Notes: generated by a model from the sequence alone, not told the origin. A DNA stretch of 64,000 nt from Bdellovibrionales bacterium (GCA_043764155.1 JAYUKW010000033.1:6126-70125), one strand, 5' to 3'. Counted from the first letter of the stretch, positions 10,596 through 20,953 are shown. Made by a program: numbers and translations.

Positions 10596-12802
10596 AGTTT
10601 TTTTTAATCTTATTTTCTGTTTTTATAATTTACTCAACACAAATTCAGGCCGAAGAAAAAACCCTTCGGCCTATTGTAATTTTTGGCGATAGTACAGACC
10701 AAGTGGATCGTGGTTTTACAGGTCAAACTATTAACGAAAAAAAAATTGAACTCTACCAATTCACAGATGTGAACCGCGCGCTGAAACAAGTCAGTGGAGT
10801 TTATGTCAGAGAAGAAGACGGATTAGGGCTTAGACCCAACATTGGCTTACGGGGCACAAACCCAGATCGATCTAAAAAAATTGTTTTACTTGAAGACGAT
10901 GTTCTGATTGGACCCGCCCCCTATTCGGCACCTGCCGCTTACTACACGCCAAACATGAATCACGTTGAACGCTTAGATGTGTACAAAGGGTTTTCTGCGA
11001 CTGGGATTGGTCCCAATTCAGTAGGCGGAGCCATTAATTATATTAGTTCGCAGATCCCAGACAATATTTTAAATACCAAAAACTCAGCTCAACTTAATTA
11101 TGGATCTTTTAACACCTGGAACGGAAAGCTATCTTCATCAGGACCTGCTAACTTTGGCCAAACAAAAATAGGCAGCTACCTGATTGAAGGTTCACACATA
11201 TTTTCAGAAGGATTTAAGACTGTTGATGGCGGATCCAATACTGATGTTATTAAATCTGAAATCTTAGCCAAATACCGATTGGATATTTCAAAAGGAGATC
11301 GGGCTCAAAAACTTGAATTTCGTTTGGGATATTCTGTCGAAGATTCCAATGAAACATACTTGGGTTTGTCTGTCGATGATTTTAAAACCTCGCCCTTTAG
11401 ACGATATTCAGCGTCGGCCTTAGATAATATGACCTGGGATCATCAGACCTATCAGATTAGACACACCCTACAAGTGTCTGAATCGGGGCTATTAGAGTCT
11501 GTGGCTTACAGAAATAATTATTCTCGCACATGGAACAGACTAGATAAATTTAGAGACAACAGCCCCGCTAGATCGCTTGCAAATTTATTAAACAATCCCA
11601 GTTCGGATGCTTTGTTTTATGGAATCTTGATTGGGGATACCGATTCTGCGGTAGCAGGAACAAATGGCGAATTGATTTTGGCTAACAACAAACGAGATTT
11701 TTTTAGCCAAGGAGTTCAAACTAAGTACACCGATGAGTTTTCATTAAATCTAAAATCTGGAATTTTAAAAATTGAACCTGAAGTTTTTATTAGAGCTCAC
11801 CAAGATCAAGTTCGCCGCGATCAGACGTCCAATAATTATGAAATGTTTGATGGCGCTTTAGAAGCTGTTGGCGACCCCACTCAGCAGACTAGCTTAGAAA
11901 AACAAACCACAATGGCTTATACGCTTTCTACTTCTACAAAATTCACTTACAAATCTTTTATTTTAACACCAGTGTTTCGAATGGAATCTGTTGATTATGA
12001 TTTTAGTAATGATTTAAATCCTGCGAATAACATCGGCCGATCCGACTTTGCCTTTATTCCTGGCGTTTCTATTTTTAAAAGAATCACCCCCCATTTTTCT
12101 TTAGGCACAAGCTTTAACCGCGCGGCTTCACTCGCGGGACTTTCAGCTTCAGGAGATGAAGTGAAAGAAACAGCAAACAACTTTGAGCTTCTATTTAAGT
12201 ATTTAAATCCTGACTTACTTTTACAATTTGATTCCACATTATTTTACACTGACTATCAGAACATCACAGGAACCTGCACCGTCTCTGGAGGCTGTATTTC
12301 TGGATCAGGGGAAGCTTTCAACGGCGGGGCCGCCAACATTTACGGCCTAGAAGGCGGTATGACCAAAGGGTTTTATTTAGGACAAGTGTATTTACCCCTT
12401 GGACTTAATTTCACTTATTTAGATGCTACTTTTGCTTCTAACTTCTTATCAGGTTCACCGGAATGGGGCGCTGGAAACGTTAAAAAAGGCGACCCCCTGC
12501 CCTACATTCCAAAGTTTCAATACACACTGAGCTTAGGCGCGACTTACAAAAAGTTAACGAGCGAAGTGTCGGTGACTTCTCAAACCAAAGTGTTTGACCA
12601 AAGTGTTGAAGCCGGTCGAATTGAAATTGATGGATTTCAATTTGTGGATCTTGTCGCCCACTATCAACTATCCAATCCCTTACGCTTAAGTTTTAAAGCG
12701 TCTAATCTTTTTGACAAAGAGTACGCGGTGGCTGCACGGCCCTTCGGATTAAGACCCGGAATGCCACAGTCCTTTCAAATGGGCTTAAAGTATATTTTTT
12801 AA
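10592..12802 (+). CDS. TonB-dependent outer-membrane receptor
   Basis: 736 aa with a signal peptide. Plug-domain motifs (RALKQVSGVYVRE, GLRPNIGLRG) and a beta-barrel ending with C-terminal aromatic ...GLKYIF. Confidence 0.85.
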   Translation: MKFFLILFSVFIIYSTQIQAEEKTLRPIVIFGDSTDQVDRGFTGQTINEKKIELYQFTDVNRALKQVSGVYVREEDGLGLRPNIGLRGTNPDRSKKIVLLEDDVLIGPAPYSAPAAYYTPNMNHVERLDVYKGFSATGIGPNSVGGAINYISSQIPDNILNTKNSAQLNYGSFNTWNGKLSSSGPANFGQTKIGSYLIEGSHIFSEGFKTVDGGSNTDVIKSEILAKYRLDISKGDRAQKLEFRLGYSVEDSNETYLGLSVDDFKTSPFRRYSASALDNMTWDHQTYQIRHTLQVSESGLLESVAYRNNYSRTWNRLDKFRDNSPARSLANLLNNPSSDALFYGILIGDTDSAVAGTNGELILANNKRDFFSQGVQTKYTDEFSLNLKSGILKIEPEVFIRAHQDQVRRDQTSNNYEMFDGALEAVGDPTQQTSLEKQTTMAYTLSTSTKFTYKSFILTPVFRMESVDYDFSNDLNPANNIGRSDFAFIPGVSIFKRITPHFSLGTSFNRAASLAGLSASGDEVKETANNFELLFKYLNPDLLLQFDSTLFYTDYQNITGTCTVSGGCISGSGEAFNGGAANIYGLEGGMTKGFYLGQVYLPLGLNFTYLDATFASNFLSGSPEWGAGNVKKGDPLPYIPKFQYTLSLGATYKKLTSEVSVTSQTKVFDQSVEAGRIEIDGFQFVDLVAHYQLSNPLRLSFKASNLFDKEYAVAARPFGLRPGMPQSFQMGLKYIF

Positions 12803-12813
12803 TTTTATAATAT

Positions 12814-12884
12814 TTAGTCAAGACCATTATGGATTATAATCCATAATGGTCTTGACTAAACTAGATTATAATCCATAATGGTCT
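12814..12884. repeat. 46-bp perfect palindrome plus a third copy of its 20-bp half-site, abutting the ATPase start codon
   Basis: TTAGTCAAGACCATTATGGATTAT / ATAATCCATAATGGTCTTGACTAA spans 12814-12859. GATTATAATCCATAATGGTCT is repeated directly at 12832-12852 and 12864-12884. The ATG of the next gene is at 12886. Confidence 0.85.
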
Positions 12885-12885
12885 A

Positions 12886-14025
12886 ATGATTAAAAGACTA
12901 ATCCAACCACAATTAAAAGCCGATCTTGAAAAAAAAATCTTGATTCTTAGTGGTCCAAGGCAAAGTGGTAAAACTACACTTTCAAAAAGTTTATTTGATA
13001 ATTACGACTATTTTAGTTTTGATGACGGCGATGATCGTTTAAAAATACTTAAAAAAGAATGGAACAGGACAACTCCGCTTCTTATTTTGGACGAAATTCA
13101 TAAAATGAAAAATTGGAAATCATTTTTAAAAGGTATTTTTGATAAAGAAGGGGTAAGGCCAAGAATTCTTGTGACTGGAAGCGCCAAAATGACGGCTTTT
13201 AAAAAAGCAGGTGATTCGTTAGCTGGACGGCATTTGAATTTCAGACTGCATCCTTTCGATTTAAAAGAACTAAAAGAATCAAAATTTAAACTCAGCCTTG
13301 AGGATTCGTACCTTCGACTTCAAACGGTAGGTGGATTCCCTGAACCATTTTTAAGCGGTAAAAAAAATGATTATAATCGATGGCGGCGATCACATTTAGA
13401 TCTTATTCTAAGACAAGATGCCTTTGATCTTGAAGTCATCAGAGACATTTCTAGCCTCGAAACACTGATTCATCTGTTAAGCGAAAGAGTTGGCAGCACA
13501 GTATCGACTGCGAACCTTGCCCGACAACTTTCTAAAGATCCAAAGACTATTCAGAAATGGATATCTTTACTTGAAAATCTTTTTGTTATTTTTAAAATCT
13601 CACCTTATCATCAAAATATAAGTCGTTCTTTAAAAAAAGAACCTAAATATTACTTTTATGATTCAGGCTTAGTTCGAGGGGACGAATCACAAAAATTAGA
13701 AAATATTGTAGCCTGTGCACTGCTTAAAGAGGCTCATTATTTGGAAGATGTATTAGGCTATAATGTATCACTAAACTTTTTAAGAACCAAAGATGGCAGA
13801 GAGATCGATTTTTTTATCGAGGTTCAAGACAAAAACTGCTGGCTTATCGAAGTTAAATTAGGAGATTCTGATATTTCTCCCCATTTCAAAAGTTTCTCTT
13901 CTCATTTTAAAAATGTTCGCCAAGTGCAAATAGTTAAAAATCTAAAGCGTGAATTTTCAAACGAACAAGGTGTAGAAGTTAAAAAAGCTTTGCCGTGGCT
14001 AAGTGAGTTAAATTTAGTGAATTGA
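12886..14025 (+). CDS. AAA+ ATPase of the AAA_14/DUF4143 (COG1373) family
   Basis: Walker A GPRQSGKTT and Walker B LLILDEIH. The C-terminal part is typical of DUF4143 by recollection. Stand-alone gene. Confidence 0.8.
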   Translation: MIKRLIQPQLKADLEKKILILSGPRQSGKTTLSKSLFDNYDYFSFDDGDDRLKILKKEWNRTTPLLILDEIHKMKNWKSFLKGIFDKEGVRPRILVTGSAKMTAFKKAGDSLAGRHLNFRLHPFDLKELKESKFKLSLEDSYLRLQTVGGFPEPFLSGKKNDYNRWRRSHLDLILRQDAFDLEVIRDISSLETLIHLLSERVGSTVSTANLARQLSKDPKTIQKWISLLENLFVIFKISPYHQNISRSLKKEPKYYFYDSGLVRGDESQKLENIVACALLKEAHYLEDVLGYNVSLNFLRTKDGREIDFFIEVQDKNCWLIEVKLGDSDISPHFKSFSSHFKNVRQVQIVKNLKREFSNEQGVEVKKALPWLSELNLVN

Positions 14026-14057
14026 ACTAACAAAAGATATAGAGTTTTGATCTAAAG

Positions 14058-14807
14058 GTGTGTGTTATGGTTTTAATTCTATGTATTGGTTTTGTCGTAG
14101 CTACATTGTCTTCAGTGTTAGGACTACTAGTTGCTAAAAACCATGACTTCTTTAAGCCTTATTTGCCCTTCTTGGTCGCTATCGGTGGTGGACTTTTAAT
14201 AGGGATCACACTTTTAGAATTCTTGCCCCGAATTTATTCTGAACCGTCAGCCCTGACGTCTATTTTAGTTTTTGTTGGTTTTTTATTAATTAAAATCTCT
14301 GAGGGTTATTTGGCCCCGATCATGTTTGGCAAAGAGGCATCGACAGATTGTCACCACCATCATGAAGCTCCGGATCATAAGCATTTAATTTCACATCATG
14401 CGGCCTGCACTTCAATTGGTTGTATTTTGATCTGTGCTTTTTTTGATGGAATCGAAATCACAGCTGGATTTATGTTAGATCAAAATATTGGAATTTTGGT
14501 TGCCATTGGGTTTATGGTTCACACCATTGCTGAGAGCAGTCTTGTGGTCAGCATTGGCTTATCAGGTGGGTTTAATAAGGCGACCTCTTATAAAAATGCG
14601 ATCTTAGTCGGTGTGGCTATTTTCTTAGGAACCCTAGTGAGTGTTTTTGCCATCCAGCTTTTCAACTTTGATGTTTACGTTTTACCACTTGTGACAGGCG
14701 TTATGCTTTATGTTTCCTTTGGACACTTGGTCCCCGCTTCACTTAAAGATCGTCATGGGTTTTTAGGTGTGATTCTTGGGGCAAGTTTTATATTTCTAAT
14801 GCATTAA
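14058..14807 (+). CDS. ZIP-family divalent metal (zinc) transporter
   Basis: Polytopic membrane protein with a His-rich loop DCHHHHEAPDHKH and a ZIP-like HTIAES motif. The start may be the ATG at 14067 rather than the GTG at 14058. Confidence 0.8.
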   Translation: MCVMVLILCIGFVVATLSSVLGLLVAKNHDFFKPYLPFLVAIGGGLLIGITLLEFLPRIYSEPSALTSILVFVGFLLIKISEGYLAPIMFGKEASTDCHHHHEAPDHKHLISHHAACTSIGCILICAFFDGIEITAGFMLDQNIGILVAIGFMVHTIAESSLVVSIGLSGGFNKATSYKNAILVGVAIFLGTLVSVFAIQLFNFDVYVLPLVTGVMLYVSFGHLVPASLKDRHGFLGVILGASFIFLMH

Positions 14808-14809
14808 AT

Positions 14810-15544
14810 TTAATACCCAGCCAGAATATATTCTATAGGGATATTAACTTGATATTCAGATTTGAACTGATCAGGTAAAGGCTTAAAGGGAGCTAAGGAT
14901 TTAATTAAATTTAGGGTGCCTTGATCCAGGGATGAAAATCCAGATGACTTATCAATCATGACATCTTTCAACTGACCTTCTTTTGTGATCACAATCTTAG
15001 AGATCACAACACCTTGCTGTTTCAAGCGCTCAGCGATTCTAGGATAGGTTTTGTATTTATTAATGTAAGACACTAGGTATTGGTCATAACTCATCCGAAT
15101 GGTTCGGGAATTCTTTGCGGCACTATTGGGGTCGCCTGAGCTTTCGACCGATTCACTTTCTGTTAAGTTTTGGAGTTCTTTTTTAGCAGGTGGATTTAAG
15201 ACGCTGTCTTTGGGACCCTTAGCCGTTTCTAACTTAGGAGCCGAACTGGTTTTTAGCACTGTCTTATTTGGCTTTAAATTGGTCGCGGCTGGCGCTTTTG
15301 GGGTCTTTATTTTGGATAAATCTTGATCCTGCAAAGTAAATTCAATATCTACCAAATCTACTTCTATTTGAGGTTGTAAAGCGACTTGTGACGACTTTAA
15401 ATAACCAGTTGATACAATTAAACCAAATGCTAATGCATGGAGCCCTAAGCTCAGCATTAGAGCTTTAGATTTAGAAATACGTTCGACTTGCTTTAGTAGA
15501 TCTTGCATATTTTTAGAAAAATTAAAGATCATAGGTTGGCTCAC
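14810..15544 (-). CDS. TonB-family energy transducer
   Basis: N-terminal TM anchor, a P/K-rich linker (KTPKAPAATNLKPNK..) and a C-terminal TonB_C-like YPRIAERLKQQGVV... Confidence 0.7.
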   Translation of the reverse strand: MSQPMIFNFSKNMQDLLKQVERISKSKALMLSLGLHALAFGLIVSTGYLKSSQVALQPQIEVDLVDIEFTLQDQDLSKIKTPKAPAATNLKPNKTVLKTSSAPKLETAKGPKDSVLNPPAKKELQNLTESESVESSGDPNSAAKNSRTIRMSYDQYLVSYINKYKTYPRIAERLKQQGVVISKIVITKEGQLKDVMIDKSSGFSSLDQGTLNLIKSLAPFKPLPDQFKSEYQVNIPIEYILAGY

Positions 15545-15809
15545 AGCTATAAATCTATAGCAAAGACTGGTCCCAAAATCACCAAGATCTTAAAAAGACA
15601 GATAGGACTCTAATTCAAATTATAGATATTACTGGGTTGTAAACTATTAATTACGAAGCTATCAGCCGTAGAAATCGCCATATCTAAAATTATATAAAAA
15701 ATTATAGACCCTAAGTTTACTAATTTAGATCTGACTATTAAAACTTGATTTTAGAACTCAAATGAAAAGAACTCTGCTTATTGTTCATGTTTCTAGGTAT
15801 TATTGATGA

Positions 15810-16511
15810 ATGAAATTTATTTCCAATGATGAAATTACAAAAATGGACAAACATTTCAGGGTGCAGTTGATTAACAGCCTGACTGGTTACAAATCGGCAA
15901 ATCTAGTTGGAACTAAAAATTCTTTAAATCAAACAAATTTAGCTATTTTTAGCTCTGTCACACATATCGGCTCCGCTCCACCTCTTTTAAGTCTTAATTT
16001 TAGACCGGATAAAACCCCAAGACAGACCTTTGAAAACATCATGGAGACCGGGTACTTTACGATCAATCATGTCCATCAAGATTTTTACAAAAAAGCACAT
16101 TTAACAAGTGCAAAATACCCAAAAGGCACTTCTGAATTTACTGAAGTAGGCTTCACTGAAGAGTGGTTGGAGCCAAAGAACAACCAAGACGTAATCAATA
16201 ATAGCTCTAATATTAACAAACAAGATTACAACTTCTTTGCCCCCTTTGTTCAAGAAGCTGAGGTCAAAATTGCGATGAAACTTGTCGAGCATCATTTCAT
16301 CAAAGCGAACTCTACGGAATTAGTAATAGCTTCCGTAGAATTTATTGTTTGTGATAACATCTATATACAAACAGACGGAAGCTTAGATTATGAAAAATTG
16401 GGAACAGTCGCTCTTTCAGGATTAGATACCTATTACACCACAAAAAAACTTGAGAAGCTACCTTATGTCCATGCACCACAGATTGGAAAAACCCCCAGCG
16501 AACTGGGCTAA
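15810..16511 (+). CDS. flavin reductase-like (FMN-binding split-barrel) protein
   Basis: The N-terminal pattern ..LTGYKSANLVGT...NLAIFSSVTHIGSAPPLL.. is recalled from flavin reductase family proteins. No search was done. Confidence 0.55.
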   Translation: MKFISNDEITKMDKHFRVQLINSLTGYKSANLVGTKNSLNQTNLAIFSSVTHIGSAPPLLSLNFRPDKTPRQTFENIMETGYFTINHVHQDFYKKAHLTSAKYPKGTSEFTEVGFTEEWLEPKNNQDVINNSSNINKQDYNFFAPFVQEAEVKIAMKLVEHHFIKANSTELVIASVEFIVCDNIYIQTDGSLDYEKLGTVALSGLDTYYTTKKLEKLPYVHAPQIGKTPSELG

Positions 16512-16536
16512 ACAAAACTTAACTCAGCAGGAAATT

Positions 16537-17073
16537 ATGAAAAATAAATTTTATTTAAATTTGAATTTACTATTTATCACCTTATTGACTTTGAATAGTT
16601 GTGCCTCGGGAGGCTATATGAATACAGTTGAAAAATTAGACTTAGATAGATTTATGGGTGATTGGTATGTGATCGCAGGACGTACCACTTACTTTGAAAA
16701 AGGCGCATATAATTCACTTGAGCAGTACAAGTGGAATGAAGCTAAAAAAAGAATCGACATTACTTTTTCTTACAACAAAGATGCCCTTGATGGGCCAAAA
16801 AAAGTGATCACTCAAAAGGCATGGATTTATAACACTAAAACAAAATCACACTGGAAAGTTCAACCCTTTTGGCCCTTGAAAATGGACTACATCATGATCG
16901 ATATAGATCCGAGCTATCAATGGACGTCAGTTGGAGTTCCAAACCAGAATTACCTTTGGATCATGTCCAGAACAAAAACCTTGGACGCCCAAGTATTAAA
17001 AAATATTATTAAAAAATTGGACGAAAAAAAATACAACACTAAAGATATTCAAATTATAAATCACAGTCTTTAG
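16537..17073 (+). CDS. blc: outer-membrane lipocalin lipoprotein (Blc-like)
   Basis: Starts at the ATG at 16537 (MKNKFYLNLNLLFITLLTLNSCASG, with a lipobox). Lipocalin signature DLDRFMGDWYVIA. The track ORF start at 16450 overlaps the upstream gene and is unlikely. Confidence 0.85.
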   Translation: MKNKFYLNLNLLFITLLTLNSCASGGYMNTVEKLDLDRFMGDWYVIAGRTTYFEKGAYNSLEQYKWNEAKKRIDITFSYNKDALDGPKKVITQKAWIYNTKTKSHWKVQPFWPLKMDYIMIDIDPSYQWTSVGVPNQNYLWIMSRTKTLDAQVLKNIIKKLDEKKYNTKDIQIINHSL

Positions 17074-17125
17074 TTAACTTAGCGAAGCAACAACCTTAAG
17101 CTATCAATAATTTTAAATTAAACAT

Positions 17126-17683
17126 TTACAATTTGTAAAAGTGAAATCCAATTGATGGAGTTACTGATGTTATCGAATTATTACTTTCAAGAACTCCATA
17201 TCTCATAGCAAACTCCGGCGCAATGCCCATTCTTTTGTATTTAAATTCATAACCAAATCCAAGATACAATCCTAAACCATTGAGGTCTTCGCTTTGGCCT
17301 TCTGACTTTATTTTGATCCAAGACAAACCTGTTCTGTAAAAAAATTGTTCTTTATTAAAAAGAGGGATGTATTTTTTAAACTCTAAGCCAAGATTAAAAA
17401 TTTGAATTTGATCCCCGAGTAAATTAGAATTTTTTTTATCATTAATTGGGGTTTTTCCAATAATAGGACTAATAAAAACTCCGAAAGAATATTTGAACGG
17501 AACTTCGTACCAAACGTTAATAGTATTACTTAAACCAGAGTATTTTAGGTTCTGATTGTCTATTTTAATTGAATGCAGTTCGTAATGCTCTCTGGCTCGA
17601 ATTTTAATTTTTCCAGCTTGGGCCATTTGAAAAATCAGCGTTGTGCTTAAAAAAATAATGTAGAAAATAATTTTAGATTTCAA
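17126..17683 (-). CDS. small outer-membrane beta-barrel protein
   Basis: 185 aa with a signal peptide. Alternating hydrophobic pattern with G/Y-rich strands (GLGLYLGFGYEFKY). Confidence 0.5.
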   Translation of the reverse strand: MKSKIIFYIIFLSTTLIFQMAQAGKIKIRAREHYELHSIKIDNQNLKYSGLSNTINVWYEVPFKYSFGVFISPIIGKTPINDKKNSNLLGDQIQIFNLGLEFKKYIPLFNKEQFFYRTGLSWIKIKSEGQSEDLNGLGLYLGFGYEFKYKRMGIAPEFAMRYGVLESNNSITSVTPSIGFHFYKL

Positions 17684-17693
17684 TTATTAACTC

Positions 17694-20261
17694 CTAATAA
17701 AAAAGTTCAATAGTTTTCGTTTTAAGTGATCGGTTAATAGCGATGAAGGTCACAATCAAGCTAACGCATAGACATCCGACTAAGGATAACACAGGTGGGA
17801 TCCAGTCTAATTTCCATGAGTTTTCAAAAATTAGACTTGAAATCAAGTAACTGGCAATAAAACTTATCAGGATTCCAGCCACTGTGGCCATAAAACTTAT
17901 GATTAGAAATTGCCACAAAAATTGATTTTGAATTGTTGCCAATGAGGCCCCTAAAGATTTTAATAAACCAATATCCCATTTTTTAATGGAGGCTTGATGA
18001 TTGGCGATTGAATAAATAACTACGAATCCAGCCAAAAAACATAATAGCGACATAAACTGTAAAGCCCAAACCATCTGATCTGTGATTTGAACAATACGTT
18101 GAATGACTCTGGACACATCCACCATCGAAATATTGGGATGGGCTGCCACAATGGCGTCTTGAAGTTTTAGTTTACTATTCAAATCGAAGGTTTTAACAGT
18201 GGCCACAAAAGTTTTTGGTGCCAAATCCAAAGACCCTGGTTGAAATTGAATAAAGAAATTAGGTTGAAATGAGCTCCATTTAATAGATCTTAAATTAATA
18301 ACCCGTCCATCAATAGGAACGCCGTCAATTTCGAACGTCAATTGATCATTTATTTTTAGACCTAGGGTTTTTGCAAAACGTTTTTCTAATGAAATTTCAG
18401 CGATTTTGTTTTCGTCATAAATACGACTCAATGACCTGCCTTCTAAAATAGTTTCAGATTCATCTAAGCTGTCCCTATAGGATAAATTAAACCCACGATT
18501 TCTAGATCTTAGTTCTTGCTCTTGTTCACGAGATAATTTTTTTTGGCCTTTTTCAAGATTTAATTTTTTACTAAAATCAACACCATTGACTTCAATCAGT
18601 CGTGCTTGAATTATCGGTGAGACCTGACCTATTTGTCCTTTTTGATCTTTTATAATTTCAACTAAAGGCTTTACTTGTTCTTCTTGAATATCAAACATAA
18701 AAAAACTTGGTATTTTAGAATCTGCGGGATTTTGAAGGTCGTCCCTGACCGCTTTTTGAACCTGTGGGATTAAATTTAAAAGTAAAACACCTATACCAAT
18801 GGAAACAAAACAAGTCACTGTCGTCACTTTATCACGGGTCAGTTCCCTTAAGGCCCATCTTAAACTTAAATTATTTATATTCTTATAAAACTTAAGAAGA
18901 CTAAAAATTAAAAAAGAAATCAGAGCAAGAAATAGTCCTGATAGAATAAAAACCAAAGTAAATACAGATCCGACTTTAAAAGAATTAGAAAGCTGAATAG
19001 ATAAAAACCAAAAAAATAAAAGAGCAGGAAGACTTGAAATCAAATTTAATAAATATGAATTTTTATCATTTGTTTGGTCTTTAGATAAAAGTCTTATTGG
19101 CTTAATTTGAATTAAATTTAAACTTAAGGGCAAACAAATTAAAATGCTTCCGATACTTCCAACTAACGTACCAAGTAAAAAAGTTGAAGGTCGGATAACG
19201 AAATTAATTTCAAAGGGAAGCAAACCTTGAGTTAAACTTCCAATCACGGGGACAATTAAAATAGCTATTAGCCCTGCAACCAAGGAACTTAACAAACCTA
19301 AAATAAAAATTTGTATTAAATAAAAACTTAAAGCTAGATTTGGGGTCAGGCCTAAACTTATTAAAATTGCGATTTGATCCACTTTTGATGAAAAGTAAGA
19401 TCTCACTAAAAAAACGGTTCCTATTGCACTTAAAAAAAGAGCCACAAGGGACGCTAGCCCCAAAAAGTCATTTAAGGTTGAAATCAATCCCGATAACTGT
19501 TCACTGGCTTTTTCGTGAGTGTAGATCTGAAGCTCTGGGCTTTCGATCTGTTCAAAAACTTTGTCTCTTAGTTCTGTTAACTCTAAATTATTAAGATCTG
19601 GAATTTTATAGAGCACTGTATACCAAGCCACACTTCCGACTTTAATTAACTGAGTCGCTTTTAAATTTTCAAGACTCATGTAAATTCTTGGTGCAACACT
19701 CGTCCCAAAGCCTGAGGCCGAGTCCGAACTAACAACATCTTCAATTTGAAACTGGGCCTTTCCGATATTTAACTTATCACCGATTTTTACGTTTAATTGT
19801 CCAAGCACTTCGGGATGAACCCAAATTTTTAAAAATTGTCTTAAATTAGCGTGTGCTTGATTTTGGTTAAGGTTATTTTTTTGAAGCTCGACCTTTCCAT
19901 AAAAAGGGTAATTATTTTCAATGGCTCTGATTTGAATCAATCTAGATTTTTTGTCACTATTTGAAACCATAGAAAAAACTTCAACCATGTTAGTCTGCTT
20001 AATTTGATTCGAAACAGACCTATTTGATATATTTTTAAAAACTATTTTTTTTTCATCCTCAGTGATGCTACGTCTTGCCGACATACCAAAGTCAGCACCT
20101 AATAAAACTTTTGATTTTGATCTGATCGTCTGTTCCAGCGAAACTTTGAAACCATCAAGAGCAATGAAGCCTGAAAGCCCCATTGCTAAATTTAAAATAA
20201 ATAAAAGGCTAAACCTTTGATTGTTTTTAAGCTCACGAAAGATATATTTAAAAATCTTCAA
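17694..20261 (-). CDS. ABC transporter permease with two FtsX/MacB-type domains (YbbP-like)
   Basis: 855 aa with about 10 TM segments in two blocks separated by large soluble loops. Overlaps the upstream ATPase gene by 4 nt. Confidence 0.8.
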   Translation of the reverse strand: MKIFKYIFRELKNNQRFSLLFILNLAMGLSGFIALDGFKVSLEQTIRSKSKVLLGADFGMSARRSITEDEKKIVFKNISNRSVSNQIKQTNMVEVFSMVSNSDKKSRLIQIRAIENNYPFYGKVELQKNNLNQNQAHANLRQFLKIWVHPEVLGQLNVKIGDKLNIGKAQFQIEDVVSSDSASGFGTSVAPRIYMSLENLKATQLIKVGSVAWYTVLYKIPDLNNLELTELRDKVFEQIESPELQIYTHEKASEQLSGLISTLNDFLGLASLVALFLSAIGTVFLVRSYFSSKVDQIAILISLGLTPNLALSFYLIQIFILGLLSSLVAGLIAILIVPVIGSLTQGLLPFEINFVIRPSTFLLGTLVGSIGSILICLPLSLNLIQIKPIRLLSKDQTNDKNSYLLNLISSLPALLFFWFLSIQLSNSFKVGSVFTLVFILSGLFLALISFLIFSLLKFYKNINNLSLRWALRELTRDKVTTVTCFVSIGIGVLLLNLIPQVQKAVRDDLQNPADSKIPSFFMFDIQEEQVKPLVEIIKDQKGQIGQVSPIIQARLIEVNGVDFSKKLNLEKGQKKLSREQEQELRSRNRGFNLSYRDSLDESETILEGRSLSRIYDENKIAEISLEKRFAKTLGLKINDQLTFEIDGVPIDGRVINLRSIKWSSFQPNFFIQFQPGSLDLAPKTFVATVKTFDLNSKLKLQDAIVAAHPNISMVDVSRVIQRIVQITDQMVWALQFMSLLCFLAGFVVIYSIANHQASIKKWDIGLLKSLGASLATIQNQFLWQFLIISFMATVAGILISFIASYLISSLIFENSWKLDWIPPVLSLVGCLCVSLIVTFIAINRSLKTKTIELFY

Positions 20262-20953
20262 CTCAAATGTCCGCGTTGGGAATTAGGATAACGATGATCT
20301 AACTGGCCACCAAGAAGATGCAGTTGAAAATCACAACGTTTGGCAAGTTCTAAATCGTGTGTGACTAGCACCAAAGACGTATTCGATATTTTAGACATAT
20401 TAAATAATAAATCCATCACCTTATTTCCAGTCTCAGTGTCTAGATTTCCACTGGGTTCATCGGCAAATAAAATTTTTGGTTGAAGAACTGTTGCTCTAGC
20501 AATCGCGACTCTTTGACGTTCTCCCCCACTTAACTGATGAGGCAAATGATCTTTGCGATCTAATAGACCAACCGCATCTAGCATTTTTAAGGCCCGTGAG
20601 GACACATCTGGCAACGAAAGAATTTCAAGTGGAAGACTTACGTTCTCCTCAGCGGTGAGGTGAGGCATTAAGTGAAACTGTTGAAACACAATTCCAATAT
20701 TTTTCGATCTGAAAACAGCCAGTTGTTTTTCTGTCAAATCAGACATCAAAGTCCCATCAACGGATATAGATCCTGATGTCGCCGTGTCTAAGCCTGCAAG
20801 TAAAGTTAGAACTGTCGTTTTACCACTTCCGGAGGGTCCAGTCAGAGCTAAACTTTTTCCTGCCTGAAGCTGGAAGGAAATATCATGAAGGGCACTGATT
20901 AAAGAAGCGCCTTGAGAATATGTTTTACTTAGTTTTTTTACGTCTAAAATCAT
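20258..20953 (-). CDS. ABC transporter ATP-binding protein (YbbA/LolD-like)
   Basis: Walker A GPSGSGKTT, signature LSGGERQRVAIAR, Walker B ILFADEPSGNLD. Confidence 0.9.
   Translation of the reverse strand: MILDVKKLSKTYSQGASLISALHDISFQLQAGKSLALTGPSGSGKTTVLTLLAGLDTATSGSISVDGTLMSDLTEKQLAVFRSKNIGIVFQQFHLMPHLTAEENVSLPLEILSLPDVSSRALKMLDAVGLLDRKDHLPHQLSGGERQRVAIARATVLQPKILFADEPSGNLDTETGNKVMDLLFNMSKISNTSLVLVTHDLELAKRCDFQLHLLGGQLDHRYPNSQRGHLS

Noticed and set aside
16450-16536. N-terminal extension of the lipocalin ORF (track start 16450)
   Set aside because: It overlaps the 3' end of the flavin reductase-like gene. The ATG at 16537 gives a textbook lipoprotein signal peptide.
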